Assembly: GCA_918234285.1 (NCBI GenBank)
Contig: CAKJXZ020000051.1
Location: forward strand, 1-21,385
DNA length: 21,385 nt
Source: Pseudomonadota bacterium
Lineage (GTDB): Bacteria > Pseudomonadota > Alphaproteobacteria > RF32 > CAG-239
Direction: 5' to 3'
Program-made: the position numbers and the translations under genes
Shown here: one piece after another, positions 1 through 9,200 of the stretch
Layout: every line of letters starts with the position of its first letter
Position numbering within the stretch: position 1 is the first letter of the stretch
The notes under the pieces: model-generated
The model's input: only the letters and a program-made list of their open reading frames with translations
The model's database searches: none
Told to the model about the DNA's origin: nothing

Positions 1-239
1 CCGTAAACAATACAGCAACTAAAAATCCGGAGAATGTGGTAAATACGAAGGAGGATTTTTTCGCCGTAAACAATACAGCAACTAAAAATCCGGAGAATGC
101 GGTAAATACGAAGGATGATTTTTTCGCCGTAAACAATACAGCAACTAAAAATCCGGAGAATGTGGTAAATACGAAGGAGGATTTTTTCGCCGTAAACAAT
201 ACAGCAACTAAAAATCCGGAGAATGTGGTAAATACGAAG
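1..239. repeat. 63-bp direct tandem repeat, 3 full copies (1-63, 64-126, 127-189) plus a partial fourth (190-239); probably continues off the left edge
   Basis: Unit ccgtaaacaatacagcaactaaaaatccggagaatgtggtaaatacgaaggaggattttttcg. Copy 2 differs at 2 positions (gtg>gcg, gag>gat). No spacers. Confidence 0.97.
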
Positions 240-242
240 TAA
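3..242 (+). CDS. 3' end of a CDS entering from the left edge, made of 21-aa tandem repeats (AVNNTATKNPENVVNTKEDFF); function unknown
   Basis: Frame 3 is open from base 3 to TAA at 240-242, while the other two + frames hit stops within each unit. The repeat period (63) is a multiple of 3. The start is not visible; the ORF-track start at 36 is an internal GTG. Confidence 0.55.
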   Translation, partial: VNNTATKNPENVVNTKEDFFAVNNTATKNPENAVNTKDDFFAVNNTATKNPENVVNTKEDFFAVNNTATKNPENVVNTK

Positions 243-291
243 GCGGGTTGGCGCGGTGTACAACAAAAGGTACATAAGCCAACCCGCTTAC
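239..291. repeat. REP-like palindrome / possible bidirectional terminator between convergent genes
   Basis: Perfect 14-bp inverted repeat gtaagcgggttggc (239-252) / gccaacccgcttac (278-291), plus an inner tgtac/gtaca pair. No U-tract. Confidence 0.65.
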
Positions 292-316
292 AAGTAGTTA
301 CCCATTATACGGATTT

Positions 317-1258
317 TTAGTTAAAGAGACCGCCGATACCGTCAGACACACTCTTCACCCCGCCGGTGACTGCATCAGTGGCACCTTGCGCCGCTTTACT
401 TGCAGCGTCGGTAGCGGCACCTGCTGCACCTTTGGCCGCATCAACGGCACCGTTGGCAAGGTCACCGGCTCCGCTCAACAGGCCGCTCAAATCAACCTTG
501 GATACGGCGCTGACCGTAGTTTTCAAAATTTCCTGGAACACACGAGCCAAACCGTCGCCGATGGTTATACCCTGCTTTTCTGTACCTACGTTATTGATGG
601 TAACTGTCGGCAAAGGCACACTCAAAGATTTGGAAACGCCGAGCAGACCGGCGGCAATCGTAGCGGTGCCATCTTCAACCACCACCTTTTTAATCGCCAC
701 ATTATATTGTACCGCATCTTTATCTTGCGGTTTCGGTTCTTCTTTTTTAGCCGAAGATGCCGTATTTTTCTTGATGTTAGCCATAACGTCGTTAGCGTTG
801 TTGCGATTGAGATTCATCAACTCATAAGTAACTTCCGGTTTGCTGATTCTCACCTCATCGATAACGATGGTTTTAACTTTCGGGCCGGTTTTTTTAGCGG
901 TTTCCATCAGTGCTCTTTTCACCGATTCCACATCAACTTTAACCGCCGCCGTACCGAGATTGATGATTAAATCTTTGCTGTAACCGTTCGGGTTGCCGAC
1001 CGTAATATCGCTGACCGAACCGCGTCCGTCTTTGAGCGAAACGTCAATCCGCCCGATATTAACGTCGGTACCAACAACCTGTGAGCCATAAATATGAACC
1101 ATTTGCCGCACTTTGGAATGCCAATCAAAATAATTCCATACCCAATAAGCCCCGCCGATAATCAATATCAGCAACAATACTATTGCACTGATAACCCATT
1201 TAAATGTTTTTTTCAGCCATTTAGATTTTTTCTTCGGCTGATTTTCTTTTTCTGCCAT
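317..1258 (-). CDS. AsmA-family / DUF748-like inner-membrane-anchored periplasmic protein (313 aa)
   Basis: Basic N-terminus and one TM helix (WVISAIVLLLILIIGGAYWVW), followed by an AsmA-like pattern (GTDVNIGRIDVSL..GRGSVSDITVGNP.GY; IVIDEVRISKPEVTYE...NN). SD GGGAG upstream; low-complexity Ala/Gly C-tail. Confidence 0.75.
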   Translation of the reverse strand: MAEKENQPKKKSKWLKKTFKWVISAIVLLLILIIGGAYWVWNYFDWHSKVRQMVHIYGSQVVGTDVNIGRIDVSLKDGRGSVSDITVGNPNGYSKDLIINLGTAAVKVDVESVKRALMETAKKTGPKVKTIVIDEVRISKPEVTYELMNLNRNNANDVMANIKKNTASSAKKEEPKPQDKDAVQYNVAIKKVVVEDGTATIAAGLLGVSKSLSVPLPTVTINNVGTEKQGITIGDGLARVFQEILKTTVSAVSKVDLSGLLSGAGDLANGAVDAAKGAAGAATDAASKAAQGATDAVTGGVKSVSDGIGGLFN

Positions 1259-1339
1259 ATTTTTTCTCCCTTGAAAAAGTGTTATCTTATTTATGTTATA
1301 ACCGCATTTTACAAAATTTCGATAAAAATTTTTAACCTA

Positions 1340-1367
1340 TTGACATCTGATTGCAAAATAGTACAAT
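1340..1367 (+). promoter_or_regulatory. sigma70-type promoter for the 1408-1740 ORF
   Basis: TTGACA (1340-1345), 16-bp spacer, TACAAT (1362-1367). Confidence 0.6.
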
Positions 1368-1407
1368 TGAACTGTATTTTTTATTATTAACTTCACATTA
1401 TTTGCTT

Positions 1408-1740
1408 ATGAAAAAGAAACAATCGTTTGTAGCAAGCATGCAAGAAAAGGTTGCCGCGAAGTTGGCGCGTCTGGTTAAAGAAAAGATGTACAAAAAGAAC
1501 CTTACGATCACTCTGACCACGCGCAGGTGCGACTTTCTGGATGAGACGGAAGACGAAGACGGCATAAGCGAACTCGACACATTTGTGCATTTGCTTAACT
1601 ATTGGACCGATTTGGAACTCACCGAGAGTCAGTTAACTACGGAAGAGGCCGCAAAGTTTGAAACATTCGGCAATTTTGTGGACTACATCATCGCCAATGC
1701 CGACTTAACGGTTTTCCTCCATCGACACTACTTTGATTGA
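1408..1740 (+). CDS. Small acidic protein resembling a divergent acyl carrier protein (110 aa from ATG 1408; alternative start at the following Met)
   Basis: GISELDTFVHLL aligns with ACP GADSLDTVELV, and TEEAAKFETFGNFVDYIIAN aligns with DEEAEKITTVQAAIDYING. Flanked by a promoter and terminator. The track start at 1351 lies inside the promoter and is unlikely. Confidence 0.6.
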   Translation: MKKKQSFVASMQEKVAAKLARLVKEKMYKKNLTITLTTRRCDFLDETEDEDGISELDTFVHLLNYWTDLELTESQLTTEEAAKFETFGNFVDYIIANADLTVFLHRHYFD

Positions 1741-1751
1741 TTGAACTCAAG

Positions 1752-1791
1752 TAAATGCCCATAGTGAGAACTATCGGCATTTATTTTTTTT
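1752..1791 (+). terminator. Rho-independent terminator of the ACP-like gene
   Basis: taaatgcc-c-atag / ctat-c-ggcattta stem with one mismatch and a 6-nt loop, followed by a T8 tract. Confidence 0.75.
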
Positions 1792-1812
1792 ATGATTTTA
1801 TAAAAAAATGTG

Positions 1813-1841
1813 TTGCAAAATAAAATATAATGCATTATACA
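1813..1841 (+). promoter_or_regulatory. Probable tRNA promoter
   Basis: TTGCAA (1813-1818), N17, TATACA (1836-1841), 19 bp upstream of the tRNA, with AT-rich sequence upstream. The -10 lacks the -7T, which is common in Alphaproteobacteria. Confidence 0.45.
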
Positions 1842-1860
1842 GTTGTTGTTCGCGATTTAT

Positions 1861-1937
1861 GCGTGCGTAGCTCAGTTGGCTAGAGCAACTGACTCTTAAT
1901 CAGTGGGTCCAGGGTTCGAATCCCTGCGCGCGTACCA
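1861..1937 (+). tRNA. tRNA-Lys (anticodon CTT)
   Basis: 77-nt cloverleaf: acceptor GCGTGCG/CGCGCGT, D-arm GCTC-AGTTGGCTA-GAGC, anticodon arm ACTGA-CTCTTAA-TCAGT, T-arm CAGGG-TTCGAAT-CCCTG, discriminator A and encoded CCA. Confidence 0.97.
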
Positions 1938-1984
1938 GATAATAAAATAAAGCACCACACAAGTGGTGCTTTATTTTATTATCT
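1937..1984 (+). terminator. Terminator hairpin immediately after tRNA-Lys (perfect 22-bp inverted repeat, likely bidirectional)
   Basis: agataataaaataaagcaccac-acaa-gtggtgctttattttattatct. Confidence 0.85.
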
Positions 1985-2298
1985 TCGCGCTGTGGGGTTC
2001 GAACCCTGGAATAAAGGGTTCGACGACGAATGAGAGGCGGGCGAAAGAACGCCGGTGAGCAACAGCGAGCGAATGAGGAGAACATAGCGCAGCGAAGTAA
2101 TCCCTGCGCGCGTACCAATAAAAAAACCACCCTCCGGGGTGTTTTTTTTATTGGTATTGTGCGCACGGGATAAGAACCCTGGGGAAAAGGGTTCGCTGAG
2201 GAGGATAAGGCACACGGGGGTGTGCCGATGCCGTCAGGCATATCCGGCGAAGGTCGTGAGTGAGTGTAACGAGCGAAAGACAATCCCTGCGCGTACCA
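1938..2298 (+). repeat. Two tRNA-linked repeat units (1938-2117, 180 bp; 2118-2298, 181 bp), each ending in a copy of the tRNA 3' end
   Basis: aatccctgcgcgcgtacca at 1919-1937 (tRNA) recurs exactly at 2099-2117 and with a 2-bp deletion at 2282-2298. Each unit also has an inverted degenerate copy of the tRNA 3' half (1985-2009; 2152-2182) and an agggttcg segment (2015-2022; 2188-2195). Confidence 0.9.
2113..2156. terminator. Second terminator-like hairpin within the tRNA-linked repeats; may also terminate the convergent OmpH-like gene
   Basis: taccaataaaaaaaccaccc-tccg-gggtgttttttttattggta, 19/20 bp paired, with A-tract and T-tract flanks. Confidence 0.8.
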
Positions 2299-2326
2299 AC
2301 AAAGATAATGAGTTCAATGAATAGTC

Positions 2327-2941
2327 CTACTTATTGCCGTTTTGCCCGTTAGAGACATGTTGCTGCATTTTTTCAATAACCTGCGGCGTAACATCCACCA
2401 CATATTCCGTACTGATGGCAATAGCGCTGGATAAAAAGATGGTGTGTACGTTATTTTCGCGTGCCACTTCTTCCAAAGCCTGATTAATGGCATTAAGCAC
2501 CACCTGCATCGATTCGGAATATTTGTTAATCAGCTCATCGCGACGCATTTTTAACGAACGCAGATACATATCCGAGAATTCTTCCTTGACCTGCGCTTCT
2601 TTCAATGTTTTGATTTTTTCCTGAGCGTCGGCTACTTCTCGCTCCAACGAGGCAATATCCGTTTCAAACTGCTGACTGCTGGCAGGTATTCCGGCGGCAA
2701 GCAAAGTTTCTTCCATGTTATACACATAAATTTTGCGGTTATCATCAACACGCTTAGCCAATTTATTCTCTATTTGCGATGTATTATTCTCAATTCCGGT
2801 AATTCTCCGTTCCAGAGAACAAGTAAAAAATGCCAGTCCGACCAAAGCCAGGCAAGAAACCCCTGTTATCATACGAAGTATCCGGATATCTCTCTTATTG
2901 CCCTCAGAGTTTCCGCTTTTTTCTTCTGTTATATCTGCCAT
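2327..2941 (-). CDS. OmpH/Skp-like protein (about 204 aa) with an N-terminal hydrophobic segment
   Basis: Skp-like layout: KIYVYNMEETL strand, long coiled coil, then INQALEEVARENNVHTIFL...VVDVTPQVIEKM, matching the Skp C-terminal pattern. ATG 2941 has a GAAGGT SD; upstream starts at 2956 and 2971 are possible. Confidence 0.75.
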   Translation of the reverse strand: MADITEEKSGNSEGNKRDIRILRMITGVSCLALVGLAFFTCSLERRITGIENNTSQIENKLAKRVDDNRKIYVYNMEETLLAAGIPASSQQFETDIASLEREVADAQEKIKTLKEAQVKEEFSDMYLRSLKMRRDELINKYSESMQVVLNAINQALEEVARENNVHTIFLSSAIAISTEYVVDVTPQVIEKMQQHVSNGQNGNK

Positions 2942-2973
2942 TTCATCAACCTTCATCTTTTTATAAAACACTC

Positions 2974-3009
2974 AAAAGTATAGGGAGAATTGACTCTCCC
3001 TATACTTTT
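2974..3009 (-). terminator. Rho-independent terminator downstream of the adhesin gene
   Basis: Perfect 15-bp inverted repeat aaaagtatagggaga-attgac-tctccctatactttt, 12 bp past the stop codon; T-runs on both strands. Confidence 0.85.
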
Positions 3010-3021
3010 TGTTGGTTATTG

Positions 3022-3270
3022 TCAGAACGTATAGGTCATACCTACGCGATACATAGCTTCACTGTCAACTCCCATCGAAGCACCTACGTTAAACAGGAGA
3101 TTATCCGTAAAGTAGTGGAAACCACCGACGGCAACCCCTTGCGTTCCCTTATATCCGCCAAGACCGAGCGAAAGCGAAGTCTTGCCTTCCGAACGAGAAT
3201 TCGGAACCAGTGCCGACAAGGCTGCAGCCGAAGCTAAACCGCCACGCATTTCTTTGCGTACGTCGTTCAA
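3022..3270 (-). other. YadA-type membrane anchor domain of the adhesin
   Basis: LNDVRKEMRGGLASAAALSAL...GKTSLSLGLGGYKGTQGVAVGGFHYF...LFNVGAS....MYRVGMTYTF: helix plus four beta strands and a terminal Phe. Confidence 0.95.
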
Positions 3271-6200
3271 CTGATTGGCAACTTGGTTAACCGCGCTGCT
3301 CATACCGTATATCTGGGCATCCAATCTCTTGACCGCATCGGTCATGGAGGCTGCTTCAGTCAACAGATAGGAGTTCTTGAATTGAGAAATATCGCCCAAC
3401 GCTGTATTAACCGCCGCAATATTGGCATTAACACTGTTACCGGCCTTAACTCCGTTAATCGGATCCTTACCCAAATCAGCGGCCGAACCTATACTCTTAT
3501 CCAACGCACTGATTGCCGCAGCAGTACTGCTGTTTTTGGCAACAATATTCGTGCTGGTATAATTTCTGCTACCGATAGCATTATCCAACGATACCAAGTG
3601 GTCTTCAATCGTTGTACCTTTTGCAAGGTTGGTTCCGTTGCCTACCGTAGAAGCTACACGCGTACTGTTAACCGTACCATCGGCATTAGCCAATCCGTGG
3701 ATTCTGCCCATGGTGCTGTCAATATTGTTAAGCACTTCAACAACATTCTGCGGATTATATTCGTCACCTTTGCCGTTGGTCAAGTTCTTCAAATCTTTGG
3801 CCAATCCGCTCAAATTGCCTATAGTGCTGTTAACCGCGGCAATATTGGTATTAACCGTATTGGTCTGGCTCACACCGTTCATATCGCTGCCGAGATCTGC
3901 AGCCGTACCGATGGTATTGCTCACGTGATTGATTGCCTGGAGGAAACTCTCCGCGTTAATCGTCGAAAGGTAGGTCGATACACGAGCAGTCCATTTACCG
4001 GTAGTCGGATCAATTTCGCCGCCCATAGCCGACGATACGGTAGCCGCTACCGTAGCGGTTGTGGCAAGCGTGGTAGGACTTGCATTGGCCGGAGTAATTG
4101 CCGTACCGGTATCAATACTGTCAGCGGTATTACCTCCGATGGTAATGCTCGTCGCCGAAACGTTACCGTTGTTGATTTCAACGTTGCCGGTACCGCCTCT
4201 AAACGTTACATTGCCGGTCTGATTATTAACTTCAACGGTTGTACCGATATTGACTCTGTCTCCCGCAATATCAACGCGAGTACCGCTACCGCTGTCCGTC
4301 GTATCGACCATCACACCGGTTGTAGTCGTACCGATAACCGTCTTGGCTGCCTGGTCACCGATTGTAATCGTATCAGTAGTACTAGGATCGTTATCACCGT
4401 GAATCTCCGGTTTGGTAACATAATCGGTCGAGAACGATTGTTTAGCTGCCTCCAACGCATTGTTCAACGCACGCAGATTCTGGTTAACCGTTTGACTTCC
4501 CGATAAAGCGGTTTGTGTACCGGTTGTCAACTGTCCGGCCGTACCGATGGTATCGCTGACCACTTGAACGGCGTCAACAACCGTATGAATGTTGCTATCC
4601 GTCTTATAATAAGTGGAAATCGTCGCTTTCCATTCGCCGGTGGCATCAAATTCTCCGCCAAAGCTGTTCTTGATGTTGGAAATTTCGGTGGTAGCCGTGT
4701 TGACCAAGTTGTTAACCTTGTTAATCGCATTAACCACATTCTTGGTTTCACTCGGCGCCCATGTACCGGCTAAAGTACTGGTATCGCCGACAGCCGCATT
4801 CACAGCCGCAATATTGGCATTAACCGTATTAGTCTTGAGTACACCATTCTTCGGCTCAATCGGATTGAGCGGATCGGAATTATCGTATCCCAAATCAGCC
4901 ACACTACCGATAGTATTGCTGATATGATTTACCGCATCCATCATCTTGGTAACCGTGATTGTGCTCTTATATGTCGATGCACTTGCCGACCAGTTACCGT
5001 CGCTGTCAAATCCGTTACCGCCGAAGCTGTCCTCAATATTGTCGATATCCTCACCGGCAGTAACAACCAAGGTGTTAATCTTGTTGATGGCGTTAACCAC
5101 ATTCTTGGTTTCACTCGGTGCCCATGTACCGGCTAAAGTACTGGTATCACCGACCGCCGCATTAACTGCCGCAATATTGGCGTTAACCGTCTTACCCATA
5201 TCAACACCGTTCTTCGGCGTAATCGGATGATCCGGATCCGTATCATCATAACCCAAATCTTCAACCGTACCGATAACATCGCTGACGTGGCTTACCGCAC
5301 TCATGATGTTGGTAACCGCAACCGGAGAGGCATCTTTATAAGTCTTGACACTGCCGCTCCACTTACCGGTAGTGGCATTAAATTCGCCACCCATACCTCC
5401 GCCGACATTTTCTGCCAACGAAGCAATAGCATGCGTCACATCACTCTTATTTTTGATACCGTTGGAAGCATTGCTGCCGAGAGCGCTCTTATCTCCGATA
5501 GCATCATTCAAAGCATCAAGCTTATCCACCACATGGTCACCGCTACCGTCAAAGTTACCGGTTGTCAAACTGGATACATCACCGACTGCGGTATCCAAAG
5601 CACTTAGTTTGGCTTCAACCGTGTTACCGCTACCGTCAAAGTTACCGGTTGTCAAACTGGCCACATTACCGACTGTAGCATAAACCGTAGCCGTTGTGGC
5701 CATGGTATCGGTTGCACCGCTGGTTATCGGAGCCGTTCCCAAATCAACCTTAGATATCGGGGTTGTGTTGTTGGTCAAAACTAAACCGCCGGCCTTCACG
5801 TTACCTGCAGCCTCCACGGCTCCGTTCTGAATCTTAACGGTGCTACTGCCGACACCGAAAGTGGTTAAACCGCTTCCATTGCTAACCGTTACCTTATCGC
5901 CGAGCTTAATCGTGTCGGCCTTAACTTCAACTTTCTTACCGGTATTGGTTGTATCAATCTTAATACCTGTTGTTGTCGTACCGATGGTTGTTGTGTCTGC
6001 AACATCACCGAATACAATATCCGTATGACCGGTACCGCCGTGAATCTCTGCTTGCGTTACATAATCTCCGTCGATTGCCTTAACCGTTTCGTTAACCTTG
6101 TTGATGGCATTAACGAGATTCTTGTCATCGCCGGTCAGATTCAAAGCAGGGTCAAGATTATTGATATCTCCTTCAACGCTCTGGGCCCGCGTAATTTCCT

Positions 6201-9200
6201 GAACCACCGCGGTATCAACTGCCGCTATTGCGTGTACCAAATCGGCGGCATTTTTAGCTTTGCCGGTATAGCCCGACGTTGCATTAAAAATACTCTTGTC
6301 ACCGATTACCGTATTCAAAGCAGCCAGGTTGGCATTAACCGTATTGCTCTTGAGCAAACCGTTCTTCGGTGCAATCTGGGCTGTCGGGTCATCCGGATCG
6401 ACGGTATAACCCAAATCCGCAGCCGTACCGATAACGTCAACAACGTGGTTTATACCTTCCATAAGGCTGTCAATCGTAACCGCGCTCGTGTCTTTATAGG
6501 TTTGAATCTGTCCCGACCAAGCACCGGTTCCGGCATTAAACGTACCGCCCATGCCGTTAGAAACATTATTTGCCAACGAAGCAATCGCGTTTGTCAGCTT
6601 ACTTCTGGAACTGATACCCTTAGAAGAATCGCCGCCCAAAGCACTGAACGCCCCGATTATATCATCTAACTTATAAAGTTTATCGTATACCGTACCTTCC
6701 GTGCCTGCGAAGTTACCGGTATCCAGACTTGCCACATCGCCAACTGTTCTGGCCACCGTTTGCGTAGTTGCCAAGGTGGTTGCCGAACCTTCGGTCAACG
6801 GATTCGTACTATCGGCATCAATCCGCGTAATCGTCTGCGAAGTATAAGCCGTCGTATCTTTACCGTTTTTGATAACCAGACCGCCGGTCGTTGTATTACC
6901 GGTAGCTTCAATCGCTCCGTTTTGAATATTAACGGTATTGCTGCCGGTACCAAACGTGGTCAGACCACTGTTGTTAACCGTCACTTTATCACCGAGCTTA
7001 ATCGTATCGGCACTAACTTCAACTTTATTACCGGTATTGGTCGTATCAACCTTGATTCCGGTCGTTGTCGTACCGATGGTTGTGGTATCCGCAAACCCGC
7101 CGAGAACCACGTGATCTCCGGACTCGCCGTCGACACCGAAGACTTCCGGCTTGGTTACATAGCCCGCCATATATCCCGATGCGGTCTGCAAATCTCGGTT
7201 GACTTTGTTGATGGCATTAACCACGTTCTTTTCTACGCTGCTGTCCAAAGTAACCTCCAAATCATCGAGGTCGCCGATGGTCGTATTCAAAGCCGCAATA
7301 TTGGCATTAACCGTATTTTCTTTGCGGATGTTATTGGCCGGAAGTTTGGTAGGATCACTAGAATCGTATCCCAATTCCGCATCCGTACCGAACTTATTCT
7401 TAATCGTATAAGTTTGTTGGCCTAAGTAATTGATTGCTTCGCCGATATTTCTCGTGCTTCCCGCCAAAATATTATTGTCACCGCTAACCGTAAAGTTGGC
7501 CAATTGTGCACCGTTATTGCCCTGTACCCAATCGGTTGTAGCCATGTGATAGGTAGCATCGGTAATCGCTTTCTTGATAACACGGCTGGTGGCAATAGCC
7601 TCATCTTCGTTGGTCAGAGTTGCCGTACCTTTCAACACCTTTGACAATTCGGCATTGTTGAAGGTCAACTTCTCGCCGTCTTTAACGGTTATGCCCTTAT
7701 TGGCCGTAACCAAACCGGAAGCAGTCAACGTTGTGGTATTAACTCCGGCACTGGCCGTAATCAACCCGCCGGAAGTGATTGCACCCGAAGTATTGAGTGT
7801 GGTAGTACCGATACCGCCGTCAACCTGCATATGGCCGTCAAATACCGACGAACCGTCAGCACCGTTGAGCGTAATCGTCGCATCACCGACCTTACCCATT
7901 GTGAGTGTCTTGCCGTCAATATCAGTCTCGTAATTAACCGTGACTTCCTGCTCTTCAACTGTTTGCTGTTCCGACTTGGTAAACTTCTGTTTAGCCTTAA
8001 AGGTCTTGGTATCGGTAATATTTTGTTCTCCGTCCGTAGTGACAACATTTCTAACTGCCACATTACGACCGTTAACGCTGATGTTACCGCTCTTGGTACT
8101 TTCGCCGATTGTAATATTTACCGCATTACCGGATGGCGTCACCGTATCACCGTTAACCATAATGGTGGTCAATGCATTGCCGCTGACAGTCTTTAAGCCT
8201 TTATTCAAACGAGTAATTGCGTCTCCGATAGTCGTATCAACATTGGTAATATATTTATCAGCACCATCACCGAACGAATATCCGCCGTTCTGCGCCTCAT
8301 TATAAAGCGTCGAAGCCAAAGCTTTGGTGGTAACCAACGTATAATTGTTGCCGCCGTCGCCTTCCTCACCCAAATCCAAATCGCCGGTGAATGTGCCCTT
8401 CATAATGCGTTCTTCGGAGTCGAATTTAACACCGCCGGTTGCTGCAATATAGCCGGATGTCGTCAAACTCAAGTCGGTAACCGCACCGTTATTGATAGTC
8501 AGCGCGCCGCTCATGGTATCGCCGGTCTTGCTGACCTTGTTAGAAACCGCTCCGGTAACATATTCACGTACCGCACCGCTGGAAATCAGCTTACCGTCGT
8601 TGGCATATCCGCTCGGAGTACCCGGTTCTTCGACATCATCGGCATCGACAACCACGGCAATATCAACCGCATTATTGGTCTTAGTCAGAGGCGTACCGTT
8701 TATCTTCACGTTCTGTAATGCGGTATCCGCCTTATCCAAAGAAGTCTGTACGTCTTGTGCTAACTTGACTTTCGTTACGTTTTCGTTGAGAATCTTGTCC
8801 GTGGTTACAGCATCATCATTCAGCTGCGTACTGTCAATCGACTTGGCCGCAATCTTATCGCCGCGGATGTACTTAACATCGCTTATTGTTGTGGTCCAAT
8901 CGGCGGTGTCCATCTTATCGTTCAACTGAGCCTGAATGGTCTTATCGGTATTGATACCGCTCAACTGATTGAGTTCGTTAGTCAAAATACCGGAAGATAC
9001 CATCTTCTTCTGGCTGTCGGAAACGATAACTCTGCCGCCATCCGCCACCGTAATACTGTCAACCACATTCTTAACTGCTTTCGCCGTTACCAACTGCGAT
9101 TTCAGTACATTTTCATCAGTGGAAGTAACTTCATTGACAATCTGCGAAACAGCTTGCGTGCCGTTCAGGTTAAACGTTGCCGCCGTACTGCCGTCAGCCC

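Noticed and set aside
1-239. CRISPR array
   Set aside because: Units are contiguous 63-bp copies with no unique spacers, and no cas genes are in the window.
1301-1311. Shared TA.AATGCGGT motif upstream of the AsmA-like gene and the adhesin (21162-21172)
   Set aside because: Probably just a -10 box plus discriminator. The match is short and the AsmA copy has no good -35.
366-1390. + strand ORFs 366-827, 386-970 and 1094-1390
   Set aside because: Antisense shadows of the AsmA-like gene.
1919-2298. attL/attR of an intact prophage or genomic island
   Set aside because: The tRNA 3' copies are only ~180 bp apart and there is no integrase in the window. Kept as tRNA-linked repeats instead.
2015-2298. 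Additional tRNA, tmRNA or intron-containing tRNA genes
   Set aside because: No D-arm, anticodon arm or matching 5' acceptor strand, and too short for tmRNA or a self-splicing intron.
1900-2324. ORFs 1900-2283(-), 1979-2215(-) and 2139-2324(+)
   Set aside because: They overlap the tRNA and structured repeats, with no protein-like features or convincing RBS.
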